A DNA stretch of 64,000 bases. Origin: Balamuthia mandrillaris. Taxonomy: Eukaryota. The stretch lies in assembly GCA_031835245.2 (NCBI GenBank), contig JAVKOQ020000061.1:1-64000 (forward strand), given 5' to 3'. Both the position numbers and the translations under genes were made by a program. This document shows, in pieces, positions 12,601 to 26,080 of the stretch (position 1 is its first letter; each line of letters starts with the position of its first letter). The notes under the pieces were generated by a model. It was given only the letters and a program-made list of their open reading frames with translations, did not search any database and was not told the origin of the DNA.

Positions 12601-15228
12601 AGTGTTGCCGCTGTTTCCCACAAACTCGCCATGTTTTACTTCCAAGCGTACAGAAGTTGCTCTGAACGTGTTTTATGTACAACCAAGTTTCAGAGTAAGT
12701 GTTATGCATACCGATAACAATTCGTGTTCACAAACAGTACCTCAATGCGCCTTCCTTCTGTGCAATGTTCTTCTGGAACAAACAGTTCTGAACTGTTATT
12801 GTCAACGGAGCATTGACGAAGAAACCTGATGCAAAGACAGAATGAGAGAGAGACAGGACAAAGCAAAGAAGGAAGCAATAACAAGCGGAGGCTACAAACC
12901 AGATCCGCTTTCAGCCTCGTTGAAAGAGAGAATGGTACTGTTTCCACAGTTCATCTTGAAAGTAGTATAGGCAGGGTTAGGCGAGCCAAGCAGACACACC
13001 CCTCCTCCTGTGCAAGACGAAGAATACAAAGAAAAGGAGGAAAAGTAAGTACAAAGAGAGAACAACCAGAAGACGAACAGGAAGACTTCAATACAAATAA
13101 ACCTGGACCATACCTCGACCGCCAGGTTGGTTGTTGCCGTTGAAGCGAACGGTGGGCGGCTCGAAGTATTGCACGTCTTCCATATGAATACCCGCTCCAT
13201 CGAACACGTTTTCTCTGGCATTGTCCTTAACTTCGCTGTTCCCAAGGAATACCACTGTTGCTGCTCTACGAACTGCCACTCCACCTCCTGTGTTATTGTG
13301 GTGTGGTTTTGTTGTAAAGTTTAAACTCTGGTTAAAAGAGATATCAGAAGTATCTTACCATTTATTCTGGTTCCAGGACTCACAGCTCCATTGCGTTCAA
13401 TGGTGACGTTCTCAAAGGTAAGTTGAGTGCCTATGATGCCTTCAAAGAAAAGGCCTCCACCATGCACCGAGCGGAATCCCACTAACTTGTTTTCCGATAT
13501 GGTGGTCCTGCGAAGGTGTGCGGTTGGCGTTGGAGGATCTATTTCATTTGTACGTTTTGCCTCATCGTTTCTTCGCTCATTGTTGAGCGGAGGAGGAACG
13601 GCAGAGAGATAGATGGCACCGCCTCTGAACGTGGCGACATTCTGTTCGAATGTGCTGTCATTGATGTCCAACTGCAATACTTTGATGGAAAGAAAAATAA
13701 CCATGGAGAATGAGAAAAGAGGATATCAGCGGAGATAGCGTGACAGAAAGAGAAAAGAAAGAGAGAGAGAGAGTTTTAGAGGAAACTATACAATTGTGAA
13801 CTTCAAGAGCTCCACCATCAGCATTATCAGCAGCCACATTCTGTGCAAACGTGCACCACCGTAGATAAACACTCTCAGTTCTTGCCACTGACAGGCCTCC
13901 TCCCTTGTTACCTTCATAAGTGCAACACAAAAAGCATATGTTAAACCACACCTGATGGAGTAAAAAAAGAAGCTGTGACCAACCTGTAATGTCGCAAGAC
14001 AGCAACTCCACATTGCCGATTTTCTCAAAGACAACAGTAGGCACATGACATTTGTTCTCCTCCTCCAGCCCGCTCCCTACCGACAAAGACTCTTCGGAAC
14101 TCTCTGCGCTCTCGCTCTCGTAACCACATTCATTGAACTCAATGTAAGAATCGCTCATCTCAAAGTTTGCAACACCTTCCACGTGAAGAGCGACAGCTCC
14201 GAAGGAGTTATGTTCTTCTCCGCTGTAGCTGATCCGCTTGTTGTTTCGGAAGGTAACGCCGACGAGGCTTGCAACAGTGGAGGAAAACGGAGGGCTCGCT
14301 CTTATAGTGACGCTTTTTGTTGTTGACGGTTGGAGTTAGAAAAGTGGTCGAGAATAGAAAAGGAAAGCGAGAATGTAAGAAAGAACTAACCCAGGGGTGG
14401 TTGAACCTTCATTGCCTGCTACTAGACATTCCTCCATCTGAACGCTGGCTCCAACTGGCGACTGTCTCGTCTCTTTTAGTGGTGGCTCCAGCGGGTCCCA
14501 AGCGAAAGCTTGAAAATTGTTCTGAAAAGTCACCCCCTTCAGCGTTACAGAAGCTGGCGACTGAACAGAGATGGCCTTTGAGCTGTGCTCGTGTAGTGCC
14601 ACGTTCTCAAGGGTGATCTGGGAGGGACCGGCACCAGCTTGCACGGAGATGGCAGTGCGGCAGTTGCTTATGTTGACAGATCCACCGCCTCCACCCTTGA
14701 TCACGAGCCCGTGCCGTTTAGGTATGGAAATAAAGTCACTGTCTGTGTTGTTTTGATAGTTTGTTTAACAACCACAATTTTCTCAGAAAAGAGAAGTAGA
14801 GAATAGAACACAGATAGCTAAGATAAAGAGACAGCCAGAGAGCGAACGAGAGAGAGAGAGAGAGGAAAGATAACAGAATTGGTACCTTTGGAAGCACAAC
14901 GAATGCTAACTGTCTTCCCAGCAGCTTGGAGGGTTATGTCCCCAAGAAACTCAACGGGCGGAGCTACGGTATAGTCAAACACCATATCGTCATCGCTCAG
15001 GTGGAACTCGTAAGCGTCTGGTATCAAGCCAAAGGGGAGTATGAATTGGATGTGGTCAGAGGTGCAGTTGTAGCGCCCTTGCGGTTCCACAACCTCACAA
15101 GCAGAGGAAAACCATTGACTGACGTGCACTTCCACTTGAAGGAAACCCTCAGCGCAAGGGGTACAGAGGAACAACACCAAAGCCAAGCTCAACGGAACAA
15201 ATATGACTATGGTTGGTCCCTTCGTCAT
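9612..15228 (-). CDS. Type I membrane protein, paralog A: Pmp-like beta-helix repeats, Cys-rich repeats, GPS-like motif, single TM
   Basis: Signal peptide MTKGPTIVIFVPLSLALVLFLC. FxxN/GGA motifs (FEQNVATFRGGAIY, FAQNVA...GGALEV). CPSGAC/CPDGAC repeats. WEC...RTNHFSDFAVLL. TM VTILAAALVPSAFIIVVVVIAVGYFII. Stop at 9612-9614. Confidence 0.75.
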
Positions 15229-15899
15229 CCCTTGTTGCCACCGCACGTTCTCCCGCGACAAAACAGAACAAACCCCAAAGTTCGTGCAACAAAAAAAAAA
15301 AAGCAACGTTGTTGGAGGTGCACTGCTGGCCCGGTCTTTCGTTTCAAATCTTTTTGCGATCAGAAAACAAAAAAGAAAGGAAAGTTTAGGGTTCTGTTTT
15401 GTGTCGACGTGTTGCCTTTTTAAGGATTTTTAGATGAAGAGACGCAATCAGGTCGACCTGGTTGGTTTTTACACTGAGAAAGAACAAGAAGAAGCAGAGG
15501 AAGAAGAAGAAGAAGAAGAAGAAGAAGAAGAAGAAGAAGAAGAAGAAAAAGAAGAAGAACAAGAACAAGAACAAGAAGAACAAGAACAAGAACAAGAAGA
15601 AGAAGAAGAAGAAGAAGAACAAGAAGTAACAATAAACTAAGAAGCAGAAGAAGAAGAACAAGAAGAAGAACAACAACAAGAAAATGAACAAGCACAAGAA
15701 TAATAAAACGAAGGACGAGATAATACAACGATGATCATTACAAAAAAGAGAACGAGTACAAAAACCTATGAAGTGCACAGGAAACTCACGCGGAGGATTT
15801 CACCTGCAGAACGTTGTAATTATTCTTCAAAACAGTTAAGAAGGCTCCATAAAATGAAATATGTACCGGGGAGAGAAGCCAAAAATAAAACCACATTCC

Positions 15900-18800
15900 T
15901 TACTCGCTAGAAGAGCGAGAAGACATTTCCATTCCGTCCCGGTCGTCGCCAAAGTTTACCTTTGTGCTCAACCTCTTTTTGACTTGCTTTTTGTAAGCTT
16001 TGAAGAGCAGAACAGGAGTGTTAGCAAACAATAACACATACACAAACAGAAAGCAACATGTAACATTACCTTTGTTTCGCTTGTGAATTCGGATGTAGCC
16101 CACTACAACCACCACGCAAATGATTACAATGGCAGCCGGCACCAAAGTGGCCGCCAAGATGACGATCAGGTCGTCGCTTCCTCCTCCTGAACCGTCCTCG
16201 CCGCCGTCGTTGTCTCCTTCGTTCAACAAAACAGCAAAGTCAGAAAAATGTCGCGTCTTTCCCACCACCATTATCTCCTTGAACCCATCTTCCGCCTCTT
16301 CCGATGAGTCCTCTTCACCGAGCTCTGAGTCTTCTTCTCCTGAAGAGTAGAGCTCGATGGGATCAGGGTTGCATTCCCAACGTCCAGCCTCCTCATTGAT
16401 GAACGCCAAGCAGATATCTTCCAGCGAGACTCCCTTTGGCAGGCGAACGGTGAAGATGAGCAGAATGTCGTCGTTGAACTGGGTCACCTTGCGGAAGGAC
16501 AGTTCCACCAGAGAAGAAAAGACCTTGGAGAGACGCGCGTTGATATCCTCTTGATCCACGCCCTCATCCGATGCTGAAAGAAAGAGGAGAGGATCACATC
16601 AACAACTGAAGAAGGAAGAGCTACGAAAGAAGAACTAAAACAAGAAGAGCAACAAAGCGAGAGCAGAAGGAGGAATGAAGAACGTACAACTAAAGTCACT
16701 GTTGCTGGCAATGAAATCAACTTCCTCCTCACCAGGGAACAAATATTGAAGAACGTCATCAAAGCTTTTGGAGTTAATGCTGAACTCTTCATCCTCATTT
16801 AAGCTGGCCAAGACCTCCGGTGGAATCTCAATGGATAGCAAAGCATCGAAAGCAGAGTCTCCGGCATCGGTGGCTCCGCTCTCAGGCACCGTGATGACGA
16901 ACTTTGCGGTTGGTTGCTCGCTTCCTCTCACGGTCAACGAGAACGATTCAGGAATCCTCAGTGCTGCTGGCTGTTATGTTGTTTTATTGAAGTAATGCAG
17001 GAGGAGGAGTTACGTTTCTGAATAGAATAATAAAAAGAGAAAATAAAAACGAACCCTGAAACAAGAAGCCACCTTGTCCAACGGGACACAAACATCGCTG
17101 CCAGGGCAAGGAAGTTGTCCGGAAGGACATGTGGAGCCTTCATTGCATTGCATTGCTGAATCGGTACACTTTCCCGTTGGGCACTATGTATGTTGTGAGA
17201 TTGTTAAAGAATTATAGCGGCTTATGCCCGCTCAAGTGAGAGAGAGACGTACCTGGAAGCGAGAACATCCTTGAAAGGGTACAGCACCACATTCCACAGC
17301 GGTGCGACACATGCCATCTACGTTACACGGCTTTTGGTTAGGGGGGCATTCAACGTCAGGGAGTGTACAATTCTCTGCCGGAAGTAAGCATCGGCCAAAG
17401 CATCTAGATGGGTTGCAAGAGAAATAGAAGAAGATTAGAAAGGACGACGAGCAGGAAAAACGAGGGCTCTCAAGATAGAGGAATGAAGAGAGGGAGAGAG
17501 AGAGAGAGAGAGAGGAGAAAACCTTCTCGGCTTGCTAATAGGACAAGGTGGAACAGGTTTACAGAGTCTGATATGCGACGCACATGCCCCATCGGGACAC
17601 GTCACAGGTGTCTCAGGTAAACCGGTGCATCCACTGACTGCGCCGCACTCGTAACCAAACCTGACACACGCCCCGCCCTTGCAGGTGAAGCACTTGCCTT
17701 CCTTCTTACACGAGTCTGAGAGGGGGCCACAACCAGAAAGGTCGCTGCATTGTGTCAGAGCAGCAGCACAAGCTCCCGAGGGACATCGAACAGCAGGACA
17801 GAGAGGAGGCAGCGTGGGGTCTCCGCCCAACTGAGCTCGACAGTCATTGCTGCAAGTGTTTTGCTCCGCTGCGATTTCCAAGTTTACAGTGACCACACTA
17901 CAGCGAGGGGAGACGCTCTCCACTCGGTCGCAGCGTTGGTGCTTGTTACTGAGGGTAGGGGCGCCATCTGGAGGGTTGAGGTGGATGGTGATAGGGAGGA
18001 AGCAGGCCACGTCTTGGGAGCAGCTGTCTCGGTCCGCTCTGTTGGCTATATGTAGTTTAGAGAGATTGTTATGAGTGACGTTGTTGTAATGGTGGGTGCT
18101 AACACAAGGAGAGCGTATGCGAAACAAACCAGTAAAAGGGGTGTTAAGTATGATGATTTCAGGCTCTTCCGACGGCTCTACAACATCAAAGTTGGGATCA
18201 TGGGCAAACTGGGTAAACCTTGCTTGAATGAAGCTTGGGTAGACGTCCTGCAGCTCCTCTGGATCAGGAAAAACGCCCATTGCTCCTCCCACCGATGCAA
18301 AGTTGTCCTTAAACTCCGAGTTGAGGATTCTCAGCCTTGCGTGGTCACCGGAAACCGCCAATGCGCCTTTGGTGATGTGTTTCGTGTGTTTTGGAGGTGT
18401 CATGAGGAAGGGAAGACGATGAAGAAGAAAGAAGAAACGTAAGCACAAGTAGAGCAAGAAGCAGTCCTGTAGAAAATACACCAGAAACTCTTACCTGCAA
18501 CGCCTTGTCTCGCTTGGTTATTGAAAAAGGACACGGAATCCAACCACACCATGCCAAACTCCCAATGCAACCAAGCTCCTCCTGCCGCCACCTCCGCTTC
18601 ATTGTTCTTGAAGATGAGGTCACTCCATTCCATGTCTACGTGGCCAGAGTGGACCCACAAGCCAGCTGCCACCATGGCCTTGTTTTCGATGAAAAGAAGC
18701 TCGGAGAGGTTGAGACTTCTCACGATGTCTAGGCTTTTAAAGACTACAGCTTCATTCACCTCCTCCCTCACCTCCTTTGTTGAACGTACTTTGGATGGTT

Positions 18801-21366
18801 TCACAGTTCCTCCATCCTCACTCTCAGAGCTGTGGGTGCTGGAAAAGTCAGAAGAGGAGGAAGAAGAGGACGAGTCGTTCGTATCGTTGGTGTATGGCTC
18901 CTGAATGAAGAGCGCTCCCACTCTACCTTGGTTATATTTGAATTCGCAGTTGTTTAGAGTGACTTGATGCGAGTCTGTATATCAGATACAATCAATTGAG
19001 AGAGCTGAGCAGATTTGAAGACGAAAGGAAGAGAAGGGAGAGAAATGGAACAACAGAATACCTGTATTCACGCCGCTGCCATGCCTACCAATATTCTGAA
19101 GAAAGTTGCAATGCAGGATAGTCAAAGCTCGTGAAGTTGCGCTACAGGAGCAAAACATAATATCGAGTCATCTCTTAGTGCTTACTCTTCTGTTAAAAAA
19201 AAAAAAGCAAGAGTAAAAACGCTTACGTCAAAGCGCCTGATTCTGAGGCAATGTTCTGTTTGAAGGAGCACCTCTGAATCGTCACGTCCAACAAAGCAGA
19301 GACGTAGAAACCTGAGCCATCGCTAGCTTCATTCGAAATAAGAGACGTGGTGTCATTGCAATCCATCAAGAATGAAGTGTAGGCTTGAGTCGACCCGACT
19401 CCTCCCAGATATATTCCTCCACCTTATTTGGCACAAGAAAGAAAGAGTAGAAGAAGAAGAAGAAGAAGAAGAAGAAGAAGAAGAAGAAGAAGAAGAAGAA
19501 GAAGAAGAAGAAGAAGAAGAAGAAGAAGAACAAGAACAAGAACAAGAACAAGAACAAGAACAAGAACAAGAACAAGAACAAGAACAAGAACAAGAACAAG
19601 AACAAGAACAAGAAGAGGAACAAGCAGAAGAGCGAAGACGAACAAGATGAAGGTGAGGATGAAAAGTCAAGAAGACCTGCAATAAGGGAAATACAAGCGG
19701 GAGATATAAATACCCAGGGTGTAAGCCTTGTTGTTGCCATTGAGTGTAATCTCAGGCGCTATAAGGTGCCCAACATCCTCCAGAAACATGCCTGCACCAA
19801 GAAATACGTTTCCTTTGGCGTTTTCTCTAACCTGGCTTTGCAAGAATTCCACATAGGCAGCCCTTGCTATGTAAGCACCTCCACCTTATTTTGTTTATGT
19901 TGTTGTTAGTTTGATTGCTGGTTGTTTTTGTTTTTGTGCTTTGAAGCCAGGTACCATACACCAAGGCGTTCTCGTGCAAGGCTCCATTGTGCTGGATGGT
20001 AACCTCATCAAAATACAACTCGCTGTCCACGTTGCCACGGACAAACAGCCCTGCGCCATGTGCGGACTCGAATCTCACTTTGTTGCCAGAGATGGTGGTC
20101 TCAGCAATGGTGGCAGTCAGCGGAGCGGTAGCGCTTCTTGTGCCATCATTCTCTTCACCAATAAGAGACAGCCCGCCTCCTCTGTACGGTGCGATATTGT
20201 CGGTGAATCTGCACCCCTTGATATCCGCCAACACCGCTTCACAAAGTTCAACATAAGAAGAGCGATGCAGCCAAAGGATAGGAGATAAGGTGGCGTACAT
20301 CGGTGGAATTGTAAAGCACCGCCTTCCTGAGGGTAAGCAGCTTCATTTCCAAAGAAGTCACAATCTCTCAAGAAAAGACTGTCCGCTCTTAAAACAGATA
20401 TGCCTCCTCCCTTATTGTCTTCAGCGGAGATGAATAAGACAAAGAATAGAGAACAGAAGGAGAGAAAGGGCGTGGAGATGAGCAAGCACAAAAGCAACAT
20501 ACGTTGAATAATGCACGACCGAATCTCCACGTTTGTTGTATCAGCAAAGACACTCGTTCGTGTAAAACAGTTCCTCTCATCGTCATCTGGCCCAACTGAT
20601 GATCCATCCTCGTCCTCTTCCTCTTTCCTCCACTCACAGTGATTGCTCTCGATGCGACATTCAGTCTCAGAGCGGCTCATCTCAAAGTTGGCAGCGCCTT
20701 GCACCAAAAGAGCGATGGCCCCATTGGAGTCCTCGTCATTGGGATGCTTGCGGAGCCGTCTGTTGTTGCGCAAGACGATGTCGGTGATGCTCACCACTGG
20801 GGGTAAGGACGAAGCCCTTATTGTAATGCTTTGTTTTGTGTGTTGTTTTGCAGTTATTATACAAATGAAACAAAAGAAGATAGGAAGACCAAACGAACAA
20901 GGAGGAGAAGAAGGAGAAGAACAACAAAAAGGAGACTAACCCTGGTGTCCGATATCCTTCGTTTTCCTCTACTATACATCTGTTCAGCACAATGCTGGGT
21001 ACCTGTTGTCTCTCCATTGCTCCTGCTGCTGCTGCTTCTTCGTTCTCTGAAGGTGAGGATCGTCGACTCCGGGAAGGTGACTCCCACACCATCGCCTGAC
21101 TGTTGTTCCGAAGCGTCACGTCGGACATAGAGAGCGAAGCGGGCGCTTGGATAAAGACAGCTGCCCCTTGGTGTCCCGTCATGTCCAAGTTTTCAAGCGT
21201 GACCTTGGCGTCACCGGCGTCGTTTTGCACGAACACGCCATAGCGACAGTTGGAAATGGTGAGTCGGTTAACCTCGGTGCCTTGGATAAGAAGGTCCGTT
21301 GGTTGGAACAACTCGAGAAAGTCCATCCCTGAAGAAGACATGTTAGCTTGCTTAAAGCCAAAACTC

Positions 21367-21411
<45 letters not shown>

Positions 21412-21769
21412 TACCTTGGTAAGTACATCGAAGGGTAACAGGTTCCGTTGTGAGTCGAATGGAAAGCTTGTTGCCTGTAAAGGCCACAGGCGGTACCACC
21501 GTCTCGTCTATCACCAGGTCTCCCCCGCGTTTCAACAAAAAGTGATAGGCATTGGGGAGTTGGTCGTTGATGGTGAAGAACTCAAAGAACGTGGAGTAAC
21601 AGATGTAGTAGGCGGCTGAAACCGCTTCGCAGCCTTCTTTCGTGAGGGTCTTCTCGATGTTGACTTGTACCTCAAAGCCCTTCGCCAAAGCTACGGGCAG
21701 CAGAGCCAAGCAGAAGAAGAGGAACAACAGGGTTGCTGTTAACCCACCCAATGGTTTACTTTCGTTCAT
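15900..21769 (-). CDS. Type I membrane protein, paralog B (tandem duplicate of 9612-15228)
   Basis: Signal peptide MNESKPLGGLTATLLFLFFCLALL. Same domain order: FTDNIAPYRGGGL, CRAQLGGDPTLPPLC, WECNPDP...KTRHFSDFAVLL, TM, tail STKVNFG. Confidence 0.75.
19447..19620. repeat. Compound microsatellite (GAA)n-(GAACAA)n in an intron of paralog B
   Basis: Directly visible; similar arrays at about 750-895, 15480-15670 and 36018-36125. Confidence 0.95.
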
Positions 21770-22225
21770 CCCTGAGGAAGGGTCGGTGCGCCTTCTCTTG
21801 TTTGTTTTGTTCTTGTTTTTTCTCCCTGTTTGCATAAAGCAGAAGCAAAAGAGCGTTAACAGCCTTTTCGGCCTTGTGCTGTATTGCACAAGAAGAAACG
21901 GTTTTATATACCTTTAAAAGGCAACTTCACGAAGAGGTTTTTTTTTTGTTGTTGTTGAGGTGAACACTCCAGGTGATACCAAAGGAATGGGCTTGTTGAT
22001 GTTATTGGGTCGTTGTGTGTCGGGGTTGGTTGGTTGTTTCGGTTGTTGCTTTCGGGAAGTGTTGTTCTTGCTATAGCGACCAATATTAATACATAAAAAA
22101 ACACAGAAGACGAGATGCAATGCAACGCAGCAGCACTCTTTCGTTGGATTGGTTCGTTCCGTTTGTTCGTTTGTTCGTTTTGTGCTGTGTTAAGTGCTTA
22201 CTCTTTTCATGGGGTGTTGTTTTTT

Positions 22226-24436
22226 TTACAAACGTGAACCGCGGACGGTGGTGGCGGTCGTCGAAGTTCTACTGTACAAGTAAAAGTGGATGTGAAATAA
22301 GGAGAGGAGGCATAACACCACGAACAGGGAGCGGTCTTGAGAGTACACCACGATGACGGCGTAGACGAGGCAAGAAAGGACCACCAGCACCCTTTTGTGA
22401 AGAAAGCAGAAAGAAGAGAGAGAAAGAAAGAAGAAAGAGAGGAAAAAAAAAGCCCAAACGAAGGAACGAAGGGACGAAGAGAGAGGAAAACAGTTAGGCA
22501 AAACAAGAAGATAAAACCGCAAGAAAAAGCAGAAAAAATGAAGAGGCACAAGAAGAAGAAGCACGAGAACAACAGAAGAAAACGAAGCAAAACAAGAATA
22601 AGCACGTTATTAAGACGAAGAATCAGAATAAGCATAAGAGAAAAAGCAAGAGAACCATCCAGTATGAAGTCTCTCCGGAAGAACGGAGAAAGGAAGACTC
22701 AAGAACGGCCGTTGGTTGTTTCTCGCCCTAATAATACCAACCGAAGGGAGCATAGAACATCTCGCCTCTTCCCCTTCTTCGCTTCTTCTGTTTCGACGAA
22801 GTTGGTCCTTCAAGAAGTTGATCCTTTGTTGAATGCGATTCTTCTCCGTTTCGAACTCTTCGATCTCCTTTTCCAGTTCTTCTAACACTGTTTTCGCTTC
22901 TAAAGCGTTTTGTTCGGTTTGCTCTGTCTCCTTTTCTTCCCCCTTTACATGTTGACGCGATGGGCTTATATTTACACGAATCGCTTCCCCCTCCTCATCC
23001 TCTTCATATCCTTCTTCTCCTTCCTCATCGTCTTGTTGTTGAAGCAAACGCTCCTCGTTGTTCTCATCACGCGTGTCGTTCCGGAAGAATGAGGAAGAAT
23101 TTCTTCTCGTTCCTGAGGATGACGATGATGAGGTCAACAGCCAATCGTACGATGCAATTTGCATCCGAAGATCTGAAGTGAATGGAACACACAATAAGAA
23201 TAAATAACGTGAACAACAAGGGAAAGAAAGAAGAAACAGAAGACGAAAAAAAAAACGAGAAGCAGAAGAAGAACAAGAAGAAGAAGAAAGGTCGTAACCT
23301 TCCAAAGTATCAAGAAAATGAGTATCATGAGAGAGATCTGCCCGAGATGCGGCCGGTTTTGAGGTTGTCCACTTTCTTCGCTTCCGCTTCACCTTTCTGG
23401 GAGAGAATATATCCTTCCTCGCTGTCTCTTCTTCTTTCCTTTTGCCTCCATTCTCATCTCCCTCTTGCTTATCTTGTTCACCATTTCCATCTCCTTCTCT
23501 TTCTTCTCCTTCCTCTTCCTCCTCCTCCTCTTCGTCTTCTTCCACTGGTTGCAACCCGCTCATCTCCAAGGACGTCTCCATTTGTTCCTGCAACGAAACC
23601 ATTTGCGTCGTCTCCGTCTCTATCTCTTGCACCAACTCGTTGACGTAACGCTCCAAGGCTTCCTTCTCGTTTTGAAGCGAGTCGATCGTCCGGTCCTTCT
23701 CCTCGCAGCGAAAAGAGAGCTCCATGATCTCTTCGGTCAGCTTGGACTTCTCTGAGTTCAGCCTTCGATTGGTCTCTTTCTCTCTTCGCAGAGAGCCTTT
23801 GCAGCGTTCTAACTCTTGTTTGAGCTTTGTAATGGTATTTTCTTCTTCCTTTAGTTGTTTTTAAGAAATAAGAGAAAAGAATTAAAAAAAGACATCAAAA
23901 AAAAAAAGAAAAAAACAGAAAAAAAAAGAAAAAAAAAGAAAAAAAAAGAAAAAAGAAAAAAGAAAAAAGAAAAAAGAAAAAAGAAAAAGAAAAGAATTAA
24001 GAAAACGAAATTATAAAATAACATAAATTCATACCTGAGAAGAAGCAGCAACCTCCAGAGACCTTCTGGAAATATTGAAGCTTCTCCGTCGGAAGCTTCC
24101 ACCAGCAGAGCCGCTTTTCTTGGTTTTGTTATTGTGGTGACCCTCTCCTCCCCCAAACTCAAAAGAAGCTGAAGACTCGTCGTCGGAGCTAAAGCCGTTG
24201 TGCTGGGCTCGCAGGCGGTCGTAGTGCCGCAGCTTGGTGGCCCAGCTTCGTCCGTACCACTCCTGGGTGTTGTTCCATTCGCGGCTCAGCTGCTCCAACT
24301 CGCTCTCCCATTCCGCCTTTAGGGAGCTGAAACTGGACCTTCTCTCTTCTGAAGAAGAAGAGGAGGAGCCTTCGGCCGAAGGTGGCACGATGGAACTCGT
24401 TGTCATTGGTGCAGGAACCTCTTGATCGAGGCTCAT
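22226..24436 (-). CDS. Coiled-coil protein with C-terminal hydrophobic membrane anchor, function unknown
   Basis: Heptad-like E/L/K-rich exons (DSLQNEKEALERYVNELVQEIE; LEELEKEIEEFETEKNRIQQRINFLKDQL). Last exon WVLVVLSCLVYAVIVV...LFVVLCLLSLF. Confidence 0.6.
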
Positions 24437-24565
24437 GTTTGGTTTTTAAGGTGTGTAGAAGAATGAAACAGAAAAAAAATACAAGTTCGTTCACCTGCGT
24501 AATGCTTTATGTAATGCTTTTTTTTTTATTATTTTTCGGTCTTTTCTTTTGTTTTGCTCCTAAAA

Positions 24566-24681
24566 ATTTGTCGACTTTTCATTCATTTCGCCGATATTTG
24601 TCGACATACATTTCTGAAATTCCTTCCTGTTCACGTTATTTGTCGACGAACATTTTTCGCAATTCCGGTATATTTGTCGAC
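24566..24681. promoter_or_regulatory. Four exact ATTTGTCGAC copies in a divergent promoter
   Basis: Copies at 24566, 24596, 24638 and 24672, between divergent ATGs at 24436 and 24786. Confidence 0.55.
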
Positions 24682-24785
24682 TTTCACACATTCCTGACGT
24701 TCTTTGTCCGCATAAAAATATTTGGCATTCTTTAATATACACAAAAAGAAAAGAAAAGAAAAGAAAGTAAAAAAGAAAGAAAGAG

Positions 24786-26046
24786 ATGGCGATGAAAGCC
24801 CGTTCCAAAGATCCAAAGAAACGCTTGTTCCAGCGGTCCTCTTCCGTTGCACAGGTGCGCACAACAATATATACTACAACCATTTTTTTTTTCCTCGTCT
24901 CTGTTTGTTTGGATGATGACGATGTAACAATGTTTCGATTATAAAATAAAACAAAGCCTGCTTGATTGAAGCCTAATAACCAAAACACAAAAACACAAAC
25001 AGTTTGCACAAGCATTTACGGAGGAACAGGTGGCAGTTATGAGAGAACTGTTTGATCTTTGCGACCAGGATGGCGACGGACAAGGTAATTTTTTTACAAT
25101 GAAATTCCTTTATTGTTTTTCTATTTTTTCTAATTTTTTGATTTTTTTTATTTATTTATTTATTGTTTTTTTTTTCTGTTTTACTTTTTTTTTTTTGTAT
25201 GAAAAAAAGTAACGCCAAGCGAGCTGCGATCGGTAATGAGTGAACTCAACGTGGGGACCAGCGAGGAAGAGACGGACAACCTCTTCAAGTCTCTCGACAC
25301 GAACAATGGTTTTGTTCTATTTTCTTTCTATTTTTTAAAACCTTTTCTTTTTTTCTTTTTTTTTCTTTTTTTTCTTTTTTTCTTTTTTCTTTATTTCTTT
25401 ATTTCTTTATTTCTTTATTTCTTTATTTCTTTTTTCTTATTTCTTTTTTCTTATTTCTTATTTCTTTTTTCTTTTTTTCTTTCATTTAATTATTTATTTA
25501 TTTTTTCTTTTTCATTCCTTTTTCTTTTTTCCTTTTGTTTTGTTGTTTCTTTTTGTTGTTTCTTATCCTTTCTTTCTTTTTTTTTTTTCGCTTTGGCACT
25601 TACTGAATTCACAAAAGATGGACTCCTTTCCTTTGGCGACTTCCTGAGGTATTTTTTGTTCTATCCTCTCATCTCTTCTCATCTTCTCGTCCTCAGCGAC
25701 TCTAAACAACAAATAATTCCATACAAAGTGGTTTTCGATGGATGCAAAAATCACAACGTTTGCAAGCGGCGGCCAATATAGCCGCGTTAGAGGGATCCGC
25801 TTCTTCTCCCTCCTCCACTTCTCCGACTTCGTCTCCTTCCGCCCCAAAACTTAACAAGTCAAAAAGCGTTATTGATGTACGCCTTTTTCGTTTTCTTTCT
25901 CTTTCGTTCTATTTGTTTGTCTTTCATTCTCTTCTTTTCTATTTTTGTCTAATAGTTCATTCGAGATTGTTCATTGAACGAAACGGAACTGGCCAAAATG
26001 GAGAAACTCTTTCAAGAATGTGATGAAGATAACAATGGAGGCGGTA

Positions 26047-26080
<34 letters not shown>

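Noticed and set aside
24566..24681. Regularly spaced repeats resembling a mini-CRISPR array
   Set aside because: The repeat is only 10 nt, the spacing is irregular, the context is eukaryotic and there are no cas genes; treated as a promoter motif.
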